A DNA stretch of 56,135 bases, counting the filler, from Sphacelaria rigidula (lineage: Eukaryota), in assembly GCA_964200075.2 (NCBI GenBank). It is 7 parts of 7 records of this genome, joined end to end, with 100 filler letters (N's around TTAATTAATTAA, not from the genome) between each part and the next. Parts side by side here need not be neighbours in the genome. Positions count along the whole stretch, not along the records: positions 32,137 to 40,069 come from CAXNAA020012930.1; positions 40,170 to 48,102 come from CAXNAA020012931.1; positions 48,203 to 56,135 come from CAXNAA020012932.1; 4 more parts are not named here. One strand, 5' to 3'. The translations under genes and the position numbers were made by a program. Under the pieces are notes generated by a model. That model did no database searches, was not told where the DNA came from, and saw nothing but the letters and a program-made list of their open reading frames with translations. Below, in pieces: positions 36,121-49,654 of the stretch; within the stretch, counting starts at the first letter, position 1, and every line of letters starts with the position of its first letter.

Positions 36121-38383
36121 ACAAGTATATACCTTGTCGAAGTACGGATATAGATCCAATCCAAACACAACATCATGACCTGAACATGTACCTCCCATCG
36201 ACCAACCCACCCAACTCCTTCATTCAAAACTGCACACCAACAATAATTCGAAAAGTTCTTTAGTTTGGGATCTGACGGGATACGAGGTACCGCTGAATGG
36301 GAACACGAAACATGATCAGCCCTGCAGACCGTCAGGATGGATCACCCCCAGACTCGCGCGTGGTGGCTCGAGCGGGGGTGGTTCATCTGCGCCACTAGAG
36401 GATCAAGTAGCAAGACGCACGCTATCGACGTTGATGGTGGTTGTGTCATGGTCATCGAACCCCTGGCCGTTATCGACATGTACAGCACAGAGTATATGAG
36501 GTGCCACCGAAAGTCGTCAAGGCCGTCGGCGATTTTGTCGCATGCCGAAGGGCTTCCAGAGAACGGGAAGCCTTGAATGCTCCTTCATGTACTCTATGAG
36601 AATGTTGTACGTGAAACCGATAGATGTTGACAATCCATGTACTACTGCGATTGTTCGTGTAGTCTTTCTCTTATCAACCCCGTGAAAGCCGTTCAGAATT
36701 TTCGTGAACTGCCATCTGTATTTTGCCAGTGTTGTAGTGGCGTAGGTCCCACCAAAGGGGTGATGATAATACCAAGGTCGTGTTCTGTAGGGTACGGTTT
36801 TCTGTATACCCGGGGTACCCGATAGTTCTGTAAACTCTGTAAGATTTCCATACAGGTACCCGACAGTTCTGCAATCTCTGTAAAAACCTTCATACCCGTA
36901 CCCGATAGTTCTGTGAGTTATGTAAGCCTCCCGTACCGTTGCCGGGGGGCACGGGTGTGCTCTTGATAAGATACCCGGTCGCGGGTACGGTTTTCTGTGC
37001 AACCTCCATACCCTACCCGACAGTTTCTGTGAGTTCTGTAAGCCTCCCATACCCTTACCCGATACTTCTGTGAGTTCTGTACAAAAACTTGACCCTACAA
37101 CAACGCACAGACTGTACTGTACTACTGTACCGTCCGTACTGCACCTAACTAATACAGCACATGGTCGCACATATAGTACAGTATCCAGCCGGTCTGTCAG
37201 CCGAAATATTACACCGAAAGGAGGCCGGCGCTCAAGGGGTCAACAACACTACCACCGTAGTAACTTAGTGTACTCTACTGTACTGTTGTTGAATGAAGCG
37301 GGCACCTCGAGTTCGAGTTCAAAAGTGGGTGATGGAGAACCACAACAAAATACGCCTTAGCAAATAGAAAGCTATGTCAAACTGAAAGTACCCGCCTTTT
37401 TTGGCAGTCCTGCCTTGTTGGTTGCCGTCTCGACACGGGCCCGTCACGGTTCAGTAGACTCCAACAAACTGCACCACTACTTACTGTCTGTGCTGAACCA
37501 TACTGCGGGGCATTTCAACACAAGTTGTGCAAACTCTCGGTACTAGACTGATTCCTCTGCTGCTGCGGTACCGTACTACAAGTGACTTGTAGCGCAGCAG
37601 GAGAGTCAGTACGGCATACACACATCGGCCGCATGCATCATGCACCGCGAATCCCTTTGTATTGAAGCCACCGGAGTACGGGTTGTTGTTTTACACCACC
37701 AGTATGGGGCATGGTCCCACGACGAAATGTGCACCGTTCGCTGTTCTTTGGAAAGATCTTGCGGGCGAATCTGTGCGCATCCGTCGATTGACACGCCTCA
37801 TGTCGCTTGCAGGACGGTCGTTGGTCGAGAGCAACGAATCAACATGCGACCGACAACCCTAACCTCGAACCAAGGTATACGACAGCCCGCGGGCACAAAG
37901 GGTGCAAAGGTTGTTGTAGGCAAAGTGTGCTTTGGCAGACCTGAGGCCAATGTAGACAGAAACACGATCTGGGCAAGATGGGAGCACCCGGGACTGTATG
38001 TCCCTCTGAAGATCCGAACGTCGGTGTTCAGTCTAAATCAAAGTAACAGTACGAGGATCAACCATTATACGATCAATCTTGGGTCAACCCGTAACCGTGC
38101 TCCGCTGATTCGAGGCTGACTGGGGTGTACAAAATGACAGATGGTCATCTCCACCCAAGAGTACCCTGGCTGACTATTTATTTTGTGACACTTTAGCCCC
38201 TGCCCTTCCTTGGCACGAGCCCGTGGTTTCAAGGGATCAACCCATCTCCGATACACGTCATACATTTTGATCTCACGGATTCAGTCAGTCCTGCCGCAAG
38301 GCGTTTAATTTCGTCAAACAAACTCAGCCAACCACATCTTGCTCACGCTTTCGACGCTGGGTATCAGATACTTTGCAGAAAAA

Positions 38384-38457
38384 GCCTCTGGCAGGAATCG
38401 AACCCTCGTCCTCTCCATCCTAAAAGGGTGCCCGTCGGACCATTAGACCACCGGGGC
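38384..38457 (-). pseudogene. tRNA-like pseudogene or SINE head
   Basis: GCCCCGGTGGTCTAATGG..GGGTTCGATTCC..AGAGGC followed by TTTTT; acceptor, anticodon and T stems contain mismatches. Confidence 0.55.
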
Positions 38458-40292
38458 GCGGCGGCTTTTGCAAGTGGTAAATATGTGGGACTACTCCGTG
38501 GGATCATACCGCACCAGCGGCTGCGGTGTTTCATCAGTCCATAAGTCAGATATCCCTTTTGCCTACTTGCAGTTCACCCGTCGTTGGCACGTATGTCGTT
38601 GTGCGGGTATTCCATACATCGACTATCACCGAATTTCAATGTCCTTCACTATACCAACCAAGACTTGAACTGGTGGACACACGCAGTTATCATGAGATAC
38701 TCGGCTGCCATCGTTACGTATTCAACATACCGGCTAGTACGACAGTACATAATATCCGTCACTGCAGTGATTTCCCACGATCCATTGCATATTCGGTACG
38801 TAGAGGAGATCAGGCCTCACCTTCTTCAGTCGAGAGCGGTACGTCGGAGATGCTGGGGTTTTAGAATGGCAAAAGCAGCGCCCTCTTGCGTCACCTCCGA
38901 GTCGGCTTCCACCTGTTGCAAACCAAGTTGTATGGCATGAATAATATGCACTGTATGCCGTATCCTTTGTTACAGACTAAAACTAACCCGTGATCGTTGG
39001 TTCGTTCAGGTTCGGAACGAAGGGGATAATCCCCTTTTTCAAGATCCCGTCTTTGAAAAAGGGCCGTTCATTGGTCGCTGCGGTACCACCATCCCCCCCA
39101 AAAATAAATAAATAAATCCCCTCAATGTGCACAGAAATCTCCGCTTCGCACCTCGAAGCGGAACATATATATATGTCCCGTTTGACAGGGGCACATGCAA
39201 AGGCTCATCACACAACCCAACAAGACCACAGCTAAACCTGAGGAACTTGGTGGCCCCGTAAATCAGGGACACACAGCTCAAGCCGTAGCTGCTCATCAGC
39301 TGTGCACGTTGTGCGTGGCCGTGCTCAAATCTGTCTGGATTTCATTGAGAAATGATGATTTGTGTGAGACGCGCGCGCAGCACACGCTTACAAAACGGTC
39401 AGCAACGACACGTTTTCGGTTGTTTTTTACACGTACGCGGCCGCCATTCGTCCAATACAGAACGGATTTCCGCCGAACATAGACTGACGTGTGTAGATTA
39501 GCAAGGGCTACCAGTGAAACTAATAATAATGCACGTGCGTGGTGAGTGTCCGTCTGTATGTTTTCGGGGCTTGGTGTGTAGGTGTTGTGTTGCCTTGTTG
39601 GATAATTAATATCTGCAGCATTACACAGACCCTTGGACTAACGCCACCTCCAGACCCGCCGCATTTCTGAACCTGCGTCTAGATCTGAGGTCCGATCTTT
39701 ACAAAATCTCTACAAAACTGCTTCTCGATTGGACTCAGGACTGGTCGTCATGTGATAAAAAAATATCCGTGGTACAGATGGACTATATAAATGGGGGTCT
39801 GAGGGTGGAAGATCCGGATTTCGCTGACTATACACTCAAATTACGTCGAACTCAAAATCAAAATCAACCATAGTATCCTTCCCAGTTGTAGACTATACTG
39901 TGTTGGATCTCATGACGGAGAAATGACGTAGAACCAGCGGTTGAACATGTGAAGTGTGACCCCCTTTGTTCCGAAGTGCGGGGGGAAAAAATTCATTTCC
40001 TTGTGTCACCTGTCTTTTCCTGTTTTTTGTCCTTTATTATCTTCTCTCTTCCTTTCTTTCAGTGTACAGNNNNNNNNNNNNNNNNNNNNNNNNNNNNNNN
40101 NNNNNNNNNNNNNTTAATTAATTAANNNNNNNNNNNNNNNNNNNNNNNNNNNNNNNNNNNNNNNNNNNNCCTCCCGGCGTTGTGGGGAGGCAAATCCAAT
40201 GGTATAAAGAGTATGGGGAGGATGGGCATGAGCGCCCCCCCCCCCCCGCCCCCCCTCCGTCCCTGCGGGCCACAACCCTTGGCATCCCTTAC

Positions 40293-40556
40293 CTGATGCA
40301 ATAGGTAGTCTCTCACAAGCGCACGCATGAGCGAAGGGCACACGGGGACCGCGTCCACGGCGGCCTGCTCGCGAGAATCCTCTTCGGCCACGCACGCCGA
40401 CACGTCGTACAGAAACGGCCGCTGCCCAAAGTTCAGCCGCACCGACTCGCCCCGGCTGTGAAGGCCCACGCAGGGGTACAGTCTCTCCGCATCTGGGCCG
40501 CATCGGATCCCCGGAAAGGCGGGGCAAAGGAGCTGCCCGTTGCGAGTCAAGAATGC
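40293..40556 (-). CDS. RanBP9/10-like SPRY protein, exon 4 (SPRY end and LisH start)
   Basis: AFLTRNGQLL..LYPCVGLHSRGESVRLNFGQRPFLYD..LMRALVRDYLLHQ; TAG and GTAAGG boundaries, 264 nt; gene runs off the contig end. Confidence 0.93.
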
Positions 40557-41520
40557 CTATGGGGTTTTGAGGTCGGCGAGTCGGGGACGGGGACGGGGAT
40601 GGGGACGACAGGGGAGAACGCGGGTGAGGTATCGATAGCATCTTCACGTTCCCGTACGATGCTGCGATACCCTCAACTGTTCTTGTGATTTTGTTACTCT
40701 CCATGTACACTACTGCGTGCGCCGAGAACTTTGTTTTTTATTTTCACAACTGCTTTTTGTGAACTGTGCTCCGACGAGGCAGGAAGTCAGATGTTGTGCA
40801 CCGTAGGCTCATCATACAAAGCCATACTATGACTTCATCTACTCCCCCACCCCAAGAGGCAGTGTAAAAGTCGTGGCTGTCTCGGGAAGTGGCGATACCA
40901 GAAAATGAAACAATTCATTGTAGGCTGTCATCTAGATGCAAGATAATCAGTAGGCTTCGNNNNNNNNNNACCACGGCGCTTCGCGCTTGGTGATTGAGTG
41001 CGAGTCTGGTCCGGCGAAAAACCGGCGTACTCCGTCCCGGCTTTGCAGGAATGCGAAGTCAATGGTCTCATGAATATGGCATGCAAGATCATGACCATGC
41101 CCCCCCACGAGACGGCGATCATGGGACGGTGATATGGACCCTGGATTGTTCAACTTATTCCATAACTACACCTTATTCTTTAATGGGAGAGTGTGTGCTG
41201 GGTGAGGGGCATGCTTGGGGATAATATGCGTTTCACGTCTCGTGTCATGGTACCGGATTACTTTTGTTGATGAGCATTCCGCCGGGGTTGTCCAGGAAGA
41301 GATGAGAGGTGAGATGGAGCAGGCGAAGAAGGACACGGGGCAAACGCATCGCTCGTCCAATACATTGACGATCGGTCTTGACAAAGCGGGTGGCAGATGG
41401 TGATCAACAAAAAGTGACAAGAGAACAGGAGAGCAAAGCATTACCCGACCACGACGCAGAATAGAGATTCGTTTGTTTATCAATCAATAATATATATATG
41501 TATATATACATACCAGTGTT

Positions 41521-42919
41521 CACACGTCGGACGAAAAAAAAACGTGATTCGTTCATGTCAGCTCTTGTGCGTATCAATCGTGTGATTCGTACACAAACTG
41601 TGATTCGTACGTGTTTGGCATTCGTGATTCGTGCGGCAGTACATGGAACATACACAATCCCGCTCGTCATTCACACGGTACACCCTCGAAGGCAATATCC
41701 CCCCCCATTTGTTTATCACACGGTGTCTGCTTCCAGTCCCCGAAATGTCGCCTGCAGCACCAGAACTTATGAGGTCAGCAGTATTTTCCTACTTTCCATT
41801 TTTTTTTGTTTTTGTATCGCATCTGGGTGAAAAATTCTGGGCCCGATTTTTTTTTTCCCTTCTTTCCCTTATACCTTATCTTGGGTAGTCTGCCTGTGAC
41901 CACGGAAGGCGTCGGCATCAGATGCCCAGTACAAAGCACTGCGCAGATATCGGAACGGTTTTCAATGCAGGGGCAGCCACAACAACATCGGTATGAATCA
42001 TCATACGTGTTTCTCATTGTCCGTCCATGCGACATGGACGATACGTACATATTTCCCGCCTTGCATTCATACGGCATGAATCAAGTGTAGACACTTCCAC
42101 ACGGTCAGTCGTAGGACGCGACTCATGCATACATAATTTCCAACTGTCATCCATGAGCATGAATCAAACGAACTTCTCCCTCGCCCATCAGTTGCGCGAC
42201 ATGAAACAAACGCATATTACCCTGGCCACTATTTTATGCGACAGGGCCCTGTTATTGGTACATTTTCTGAAGCTCCCGTTCATGAGGCACGGCCCTTTCT
42301 TCAGTTCATCTCCTGCCTTCTCAATTCGTGGGGCACGACTTTCGCGCATTGTCGTGAACCTACGAGAGCGTGAATTCGTTCTCGCTCCCCACCGGTGGTT
42401 CATACTGTGACATGGATCGAACGTACATATCTTTCTAACCTACCATACATGCGGCATGAATAATGCGTACATGTTCCCCACCTGTCACTCGTACGGTATG
42501 AATGAAGCGTGCATGTTTCCTACCCGTCAGCCGTACGGCACGAAGCATGCATGCTCACGGACTGCCACTCATACCGCATGAGTCATGAGTGAATGTCTCC
42601 CGACTGTCATGCACATGGGATGGATCCAGCGTACCTATTTCTCACACGCGACTCGTGCGGGAGGCAAGGTTACATTTTCCATCTCGTCAATAATTCGTAC
42701 AAGAACTGTGATATCGTGCATGTATCGTACTCTTGATTCGTGTGACATTATTCGCAAGCGTACACAAAAATCTCATTCGTCGTCACCCGTGCGATACCGC
42801 CTCGCACGGCGTATAATTTTCTTGTCCATGACACATTACACGATGACTCGTTGATACACGAACCGCACTCGACAAACGACACGAATCAACTCGTGCATTA
42901 TTGATCCGTCCGACGTGCT
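41521..42919. mobile_element. About 1.4-kb non-autonomous hAT-like element in intron 3 of the SPRY gene
   Basis: Ends CACACGTCGGACG and CGTCCGACGTG, related to the TIR at 3916; flanks CCAGTGTT / CAAGTGTT; internal repeats GTGATTCGTAC and TCATACGGCATGAAT. Confidence 0.65.
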
Positions 42920-44115
42920 CAAGTGTTGCAAGGTTGTGTTTAGCAGCATATACCCGCTAAAATTCGGATATTTACCGAAGTATAAAAGAGACATTTTCAT
43001 CGGTGAATGCCCTAAATGTTCGGTACACATTCCTGCATGACTTGGTATACCAACCAAGAAGCCCCCACTTCCAGATACACCCTACACAACAAAACCTTGC
43101 ACGAGTATGCACTGTGTTTTTTTCTCCCCATTTCCTAAATTTCTGAGCCTGCCGCATTCGTGTCAGTCGTGTAATCCCCTTTCTGCAGAGTTGCCGGCTG
43201 AGAGTTGCTCCCGAATAGTGCGGGCTCCGAACACAGCTGGGTCATAATCTGCTTCCATGGCCTTCTTTTTTGTGCCGCCTCTGTGCATAGAGTCCCGGCA
43301 GGGACCTGTGGGGATTTGCTCGAGACCGGTAGGAGCTCTCACCCTGGCGTCGACGTCACTTCAGTATGTCTCTTTTCCCCCCTAGTCTCGAGTTTCCTCT
43401 AGCGAATTTTAACGTTCGTTTACCCCCAGTACGTCCATTTCACGAGGACAGTTGGATTCGTAGCGAATCCGATAGTCTTGACGAAATCGATTATTCTTGA
43501 TCCACGGGTCGCTGGTTCGTATCAACAATTCCGCGATTTCCGAGGCAGACTGATTTCTCGAAAAGAGAGGGAGAACACGATGACCGCGGATTAAGAACGT
43601 ATCTACACACACTTTGCTCTTTCGTGCCTGCGGTGCGCGTACCTGGGGTACAACGCTGCTAAAAGAAGCCCAAGGATTGAATCGTACGGTGCGGATCAAT
43701 TGCGACTGCTGCCGAGATAGCCCCCCCCCCGAACCGGCCCAAAACGTGCACGGAGGTGATGATCATAAATGCCGTTAGAGCTGGTTTCGTGCTGCACGGC
43801 GCGACTCATTTTGGCGGTAGAGTTGATTGCGGACTGCTACACGCCCATCATGTGGGCAAAATTGCTGCAAACGAGTCCAATCGTGGGATCGCAGCCAGTT
43901 TGTCGGATGGTCTCCGGTGCACTTTTTGTGGGGGGGGGCTATCTCGGCATTAGTCTCGCATAAAATGCAAGTAGTTGTTGGGCGAACCCTCAATCATCGC
44001 TCATCCGAGACTTGAAATCAATAAATCAAATCGATCAACAAGAAACAGAACATTTGCGGGGTTCGGCCCAACACCGCATATCCCCCTCTTCGACCTTAGT
44101 CCGCTCACCAACGAT

Positions 44116-44155
<40 letters not shown>

Positions 44156-44158
44156 CAC

Positions 44159-44287
44159 CTCCATCTTCTTGAAGTTGATGCCAAGCCCCACTGTGTCCCC
44201 CGTGGAGAACGTACTTCCGATTCCCCGTCCACGGACGCTCCCATTGTAGACCATACCTTGAGAACCTTCGTAGCCGTAAGACCCCGC
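44159..44287 (-). CDS. RanBP9/10-like SPRY protein, exon 3
   Basis: AGSYGYEGSQGMVYNGSVRGRGIGSTFSTGDTVGLGINFKKME; CAG and GTGATG boundaries, 129 nt. Confidence 0.92.
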
Positions 44288-44779
44288 CTGGTGTGTTGGC
44301 GCGGTGGGCACCATTTTCGGTTGGTGTAAACGAAAGATCAACAAGAATGTGGAGCAAGTGATGAGCAGGCAGTGATGACGGAGGACGAGATCAGCGAACA
44401 GGGCGGGGGAAGAGGAGGAGGAGGAGGATTAGGCGAACGAGACATTGAATGAGTAAATGAAAACACCTGCTTGATCACGAGTAAGATGATATGATGAATA
44501 TTCTCGGAACAATTTCAAACTCCCAACAGCTAAGGCGGGACAAGACATGAGGACGTCCCGCAACCGGACCGGAACACATCAATGGCTCACGCATTTGCCT
44601 AATAGAATGTATATCACTTTCCCTTCACACAGGGAGCATGTGATCGGATATTATACCCCGAAAAACCATGGGTGCGAAACAAGACAACAAAAGCAAAGCA
44701 CATACAGCCGGTCGGTTCTCCTTCACCACACCACCCCCGAGGTTTCTTCCTCTTCCCTTCGCTGACAGCAAGTACGCAC

Positions 44780-44986
44780 CTGAGTACCCGGCTGCATGGT
44801 CATCCGAAACGACTCGTTCACAAGCCCGACGGTGATGCTAGCCTGCTCGCCGGCCGACACGACGGTCACTTCGAAGTAGAACATGCGCCGGCGCTTGGGG
44901 AGGGGGTGGTTCGCGCGGACGCTGCCCCAGTCGGCATTGTGGTTGGAATTGCCCCGGTACCGCACGCTCAGCTTGTCGCGGTCGAT
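44780..44986 (-). CDS. RanBP9/10-like SPRY protein, exon 2
   Basis: IDRDKLSVRYRGNSNHNADWGSVRANHPLP..MFYFEVTVVS..ITVGL..MQPGTQ; CAG and GTGCGT boundaries, 207 nt. Confidence 0.92.
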
Positions 44987-45704
44987 CTGGGACAGGTAGA
45001 AGAAACGCGGGCGAGTGTGAAGATGAATGTTGGCACCCCGCCGAATGCTAACACTCAACCAGCTGCTTGCATGTATGATCGGACAATCCAGTATAAAGAA
45101 CAACGAGTACTGAACGCGATTGATGATGAAGAGAGACGGAGCGTGGCCGCCCTCGTGACTTCACGATGACTTGGTTAGCGATCGTAAAAGCGCACACCCA
45201 GCTAAACAAGGCCGACCAGCATTCGCAAGAAATCCAATATGAGGTATTTCGTGATGGCGTATATCACAACCCTGGGGTACTATTCCATGCAACTCAGGCG
45301 CGTCACGGTCCAGTGGTCAATCAGAAGTCTACATGAGTGCACGGAAAAAATTGGCTCAAGAGAAAAGTGAAATCAGTGCGAGGATTTGTGTGCGAGAAGA
45401 CAAAAAAACTCTCAAATGTACGCGAAGCAAGAGCGTTCCGTGGATGTTTTGCACAAATCCTAACTGCCCTCAGTGAGAAATGACTCAGGCACATTTCGAT
45501 ACCAAACGCGAGGAGAACCCAAGCTACAAATTCGGACGCCGCACGAGCACACGCCGCTCATCGCTCACGTTCACCTTCATTTCGGGCTCCATCCATATCA
45601 ACGAAATCGACCACCGAAATGGCAACAACTCAAGCGTCGACGTACTTACTGTGAACATACTTATTCTCTGTCTGTCTGTGTCTCTGTTTCTGTGCCTCTC
45701 TCAC

Positions 45705-45860
45705 CGCGGCGTAGTATGACTCCTGTGTGGTATCTATTGCGAACGGGAAATACTCTCCGTTTTCGAAAAATGCATCATCGTGTTCTTCCCTTGCCGCCGT
45801 CCAGTGCTTGGCTCCCCCCCTCGTGCCCGCCAGTGCAGGGCACACACCTGGCACACACAT
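45705..45860 (-). CDS. RanBP9/RanBP10 (RanBPM)-like SPRY-LisH protein, putative exon 1
   Basis: Ends FFENGEYFPFAIDTTQESYYAA at a GTGAGA phase-0 donor; the start (ATG 45860) is uncertain. Confidence 0.65.
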
Positions 45861-45909
45861 CACGGCGCGAGGAAGCGTTGCAGCGCCGAACGGAGAACAT
45901 GATGCACAC

Positions 45910-46261
45910 CACAGGCACCGTGGGGAAAGTAGGTACCGGTACCGGTATTTGGGACATCTCATACCCTACCGATACCGATTCAATCGGGTATTTTCAAAAG
46001 TCTTACCTACGATACCTACGATACCATGGTATTTCGAGAAACCAGTACCTACCGTACCCGCTCAATCGGGTATTTTCAACTGTTGCACCTACGATACCTA
46101 CAATACCACGGCATTTCGAGATACCAGTACCTCCCCGTACCCGCTCAATCAGGTATCTTCAAAACTCATACCTACGATACTCACGCATACCACGGTATAA
46201 TGTACCCCGGTGAAAATTCCGGCGGTACGCTCGGTACGGTACCTCACCTACGGTTCCCGTG
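45910..46261. mobile_element. MITE with GGTACC/GATACC subterminal repeats; truncated second copy at 23901-24003
   Basis: TIR CACRGGMACCGTAGG..GTACCG; flanks ATGCACAC / ATACACAT (6/8); the left end recurs at 23901. Confidence 0.7.
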
Positions 46262-46433
46262 ATACACATGGAGGTCAAAAGCAACCTTCTTTAATTTATT
46301 TCCTTGAAGGAAAGAGAAAAGCTGGCCCAACACTTACTCCGCGAGCGGGTTCGTGTGCCGATTATCCGGAAGCTCGGCGAGATCGCCCCACGGTAGTCAT
46401 GTGGGATAGGCGCCTCAAGCGTTCGAAAAGCTT

Positions 46434-46603
46434 CACGCCCTGGACAATATATGGTCAATAGATGCAATAGACGAAAAGTATACTGCATGAAGTATAGGCC
46501 TATCGCGACTTTTGTCGGCCGACAATAGTCGCGATAGGCCTATACTTCATGCAGTACACTTTTTATCTATTGCATCTATTGACCATATATTGTCCAGGGC
46601 GTG
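46434..46603. mobile_element. hAT-like foldback MITE (170-bp near-perfect palindrome)
   Basis: TIR CACGCCCTGGACAATATATGGTCAA extends to the centre; perfect 8-bp TSD AAAAGCTT. Confidence 0.92.
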
Positions 46604-46949
46604 AAAAGCTTTGCTCAAGACAGTGCGGAGGTTGAACCCACTAAAGTCCGCGGTCAGCTTGGCGCATTGCACGCGCCGCACTACTCCTGTAAGCTTCGTC
46701 TCCAAGGCGAAAGAAACAAACATACATGCAATCGGATACACGCTCGGTTCTGCTGTAGGTTTCCTGTCACGGCCGGGGATATTCGATGCTGAGAGCGCCT
46801 CCTGTACGAAATGCTGATGGAGGATACGATTTCTCTATCCCATCCCGTCAAATGAAAATGCGTCACGCTGCTGGCGATGCTTGATCATACCCGATCAACT
46901 TCTCTCCATTATTGTTCTTGTTAGCATTCAACATGTTCACACGTAGGAC

Positions 46950-48090
46950 AGCTCATGAGCTAGTTCATCTGCGGGCGGTAGCTCACTTGTAGTCAAACAT
47001 GTACATGTGAGCTACATCCGATAGCTCAACACCAGGTAAACGTGCGCTGATGAGCTACGAGTTGGTAGCTCACCAATCGCAAACGTGCGTAGCTCATACA
47101 GATCCCATAGCTCACTCAGGGCGAATACGAGCTGATGAGCTACGGGTTGATAGCTCACCCAGGGCAAACATGTGCAGCTCATGTAGCTCTCACAGCTCAC
47201 CCATGGAAAACGTATGGGATGAGCTACGCTCGATAGCTTACCCAAAGCAAACATGAGCGGATGAGCTACGCCCGGTAGCTCACCCCAGGGGCACATGGTC
47301 GTGGCTCACTTACGCCACATGCCTAGCTCGCCGCTGGCCAACCCCGTGTCGCTAACGATGTAACATTCTTGTTCGAACGGATGGCGCCACATATCATTAG
47401 GTCGTGATGTTTTGCCTCACTCTTCGCGATAGGAAGAAAAGAAGCCAACACATATCCTCGTTCGCTTGGTCGGATGGTTAAAAAAAAATAATACCCAGTG
47501 TCTACAATAGTCGACCGATTCATTTCTTCTGATCGGTTGGCCGCGAGGGTACGAGTACATCTGGTCATGCATACGTTTTTCAAGTGAAGTTGGAGCCGAT
47601 TCAACAGATGACTTCTGCTCGTCGTCAAGGGGTTAGCCCTTTGACCGAGAGGGTTGCCGATCTGATAAATCAGCATATCTCACTTTATTTTTCGAGTGTG
47701 AATGATGCCGATTCAGAGAACTCCTACTCTCGCGGTCAAAGGGATACGCAATCGTAGCTCTCACAGCTCTCGTAGCTCATCCAGGGCAAACATGTGTGGC
47801 TCATGCATCTCTCATAGCTCATCCGGGGCACACATGCGTAGTTCATGCAGCTCTCATAGCTTACCCGCAGCTAATATGATCTGGCGAGCTACGGGTTGGT
47901 AGCTCATCCAGGGGAAACATGCGTAGCTCATGCAGCCCTCATAGTTCACCCAGGATAAATCTGAGCTGATGGGCTACGGGTTGGTAGCTCACCTATCACA
48001 AACATGCGTGGCTCATACAGCTCTCATAGCTCACCCAGGACGAATATGAGCTGATGAGCTACAGGATGGTAGCTCACCTAACATAAACAT
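46950..48090. repeat. AGCT-rich repeat array (TGAGCTACGGGTTGGTAGCTCACCCAGG), interrupted at about 47320-47745
   Basis: Many diverged units, each with a TGAGCTAC..GTAGCTCA hairpin. Confidence 0.8.
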
Positions 48091-49654
48091 CCCTCGTTCA
48101 TCNNNNNNNNNNNNNNNNNNNNNNNNNNNNNNNNNNNNNNNNNNNNTTAATTAATTAANNNNNNNNNNNNNNNNNNNNNNNNNNNNNNNNNNNNNNNNNN
48201 NNTACGTCGTTGTTTAACTGGCCTGCACTGCCTTGCGGGCGGGCATGCTGGTTGACGGAGATCGGGTTGCTGTGCGTGCCTCCGGCTTGTGGTGCCGAGG
48301 CTCGGCGTGGTTCCCTTCCTGCGGTCCTTCCTTCTTTTGCCCCTGCCGATGCTCGAGCTCCTGCTGTGCTGTGGGGGTGTTGGCCTTGGCTTTGCGAAGC
48401 TGCTCCTCCCGCTGCTGCTGCTGCTGCTGCTCCCGATGTTGGTGTGTTGTCCATTGTAAAATCGATCAAGTGCCAGGGACTACTGTACTACTGAGACTGC
48501 TGGCGTGTCGCTGCCTGTTCAACTGGTCTCGAGTGATACTGTCTGCTTCTTCGGTGCTCTTGCACCAGACCAGTCTCGCCCGCTTGAAGCAACTCTGCGG
48601 CGTTTGCGCCTTGGACACGCGATCCCTTATATCTTATATCAACTTCGGCATACGCCAGAGTACATCCCTTATAACTCATCATCCGCCAACACAAACCTCG
48701 TATTCATACTGAATACACCCAGATCCACTGTGCTTGAGGTACTGTATATATCTCAAACCCGAGAAAGACGGTTGAATATACTGGGAACCTCCAGTCTGAG
48801 ACACCTCACCTGAGAGGGGACACCCCAATGAACCACAGAGGACCTATCAAAGCGGTCGAAGTTTCAATCGTCTGAAAACGAAGATCTTGAGCTTTTTTTC
48901 TATATGATGCTTGTCACGGCAAACATAAATCGAATCATGCACAAAAGTGGTGCCTGACTGATGGAGTGCTCACCTGTCAAACGTCCTATCCTTCAATCCA
49001 ATCCGCCTTTGGCGATTTTAGTGACTGTATGAGGATGTCTACTAAAGCATATTGGAGGGCAAAGTTCACATCGGAACCTGGTGAAGGCAGACCCTGTTGA
49101 TGGGAGAGATTATTTAGACTTCGAACTAGTGAACGTTCGCTGGTTCGAGGTTCAAACGCCCGCTCTCTGAACAAAAAGTAAAATGGTACAGCTTCACGCT
49201 GCTAACAACCGCCCTGGCGATAAATATAGTGAAAATGAGGGTCTTATTGGCCTCATTTTCATCCATTTTCATCCACATTCATCTCCACTGATTGGTAAAA
49301 ATGGATGAAAAGTATTAAAGTGAGAGTAAAAGTCAGTGTTCCGCCAAGAACAAAATGTAAACATAGATACGGATTTCGCGTACCAGAGCCATCGTATGAA
49401 ATACCAGCTTAGAGGATCCCCAAAGTAGGTATAATCCACACGCATCCACTTTGTATAGCTATACGTAGCGCATATGCCACGCTAACTCTGCACGTGTAGA
49501 AGCACGACATGGTACTGCCCTGCACGGTATTGTACAGTCCAGTATACAGCACCAAACCGCGTGATGTATTGCCATCAAAGTACAGTGTAAACAGCGAGCA
49601 GAATTTGTCGGGTTTTGAATCGAGAAAAATACTTTGGTTTCAACTTCGTAGACC

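Noticed and set aside
35575-37100. CRISPR-like array
   Set aside because: Units are degenerate, the intervening sequences are themselves repeated, there are no cas genes, and the context is eukaryotic.
37950-38170. APE-type endonuclease remnant (minus strand KIDRIMVD..SD)
   Set aside because: Motif too short and broken by stops to support without an HMM search.
48203-48454. Ala/Gly/Gln-rich ORF on the minus strand
   Set aside because: Low complexity, truncated by the contig end, no recognisable domain.
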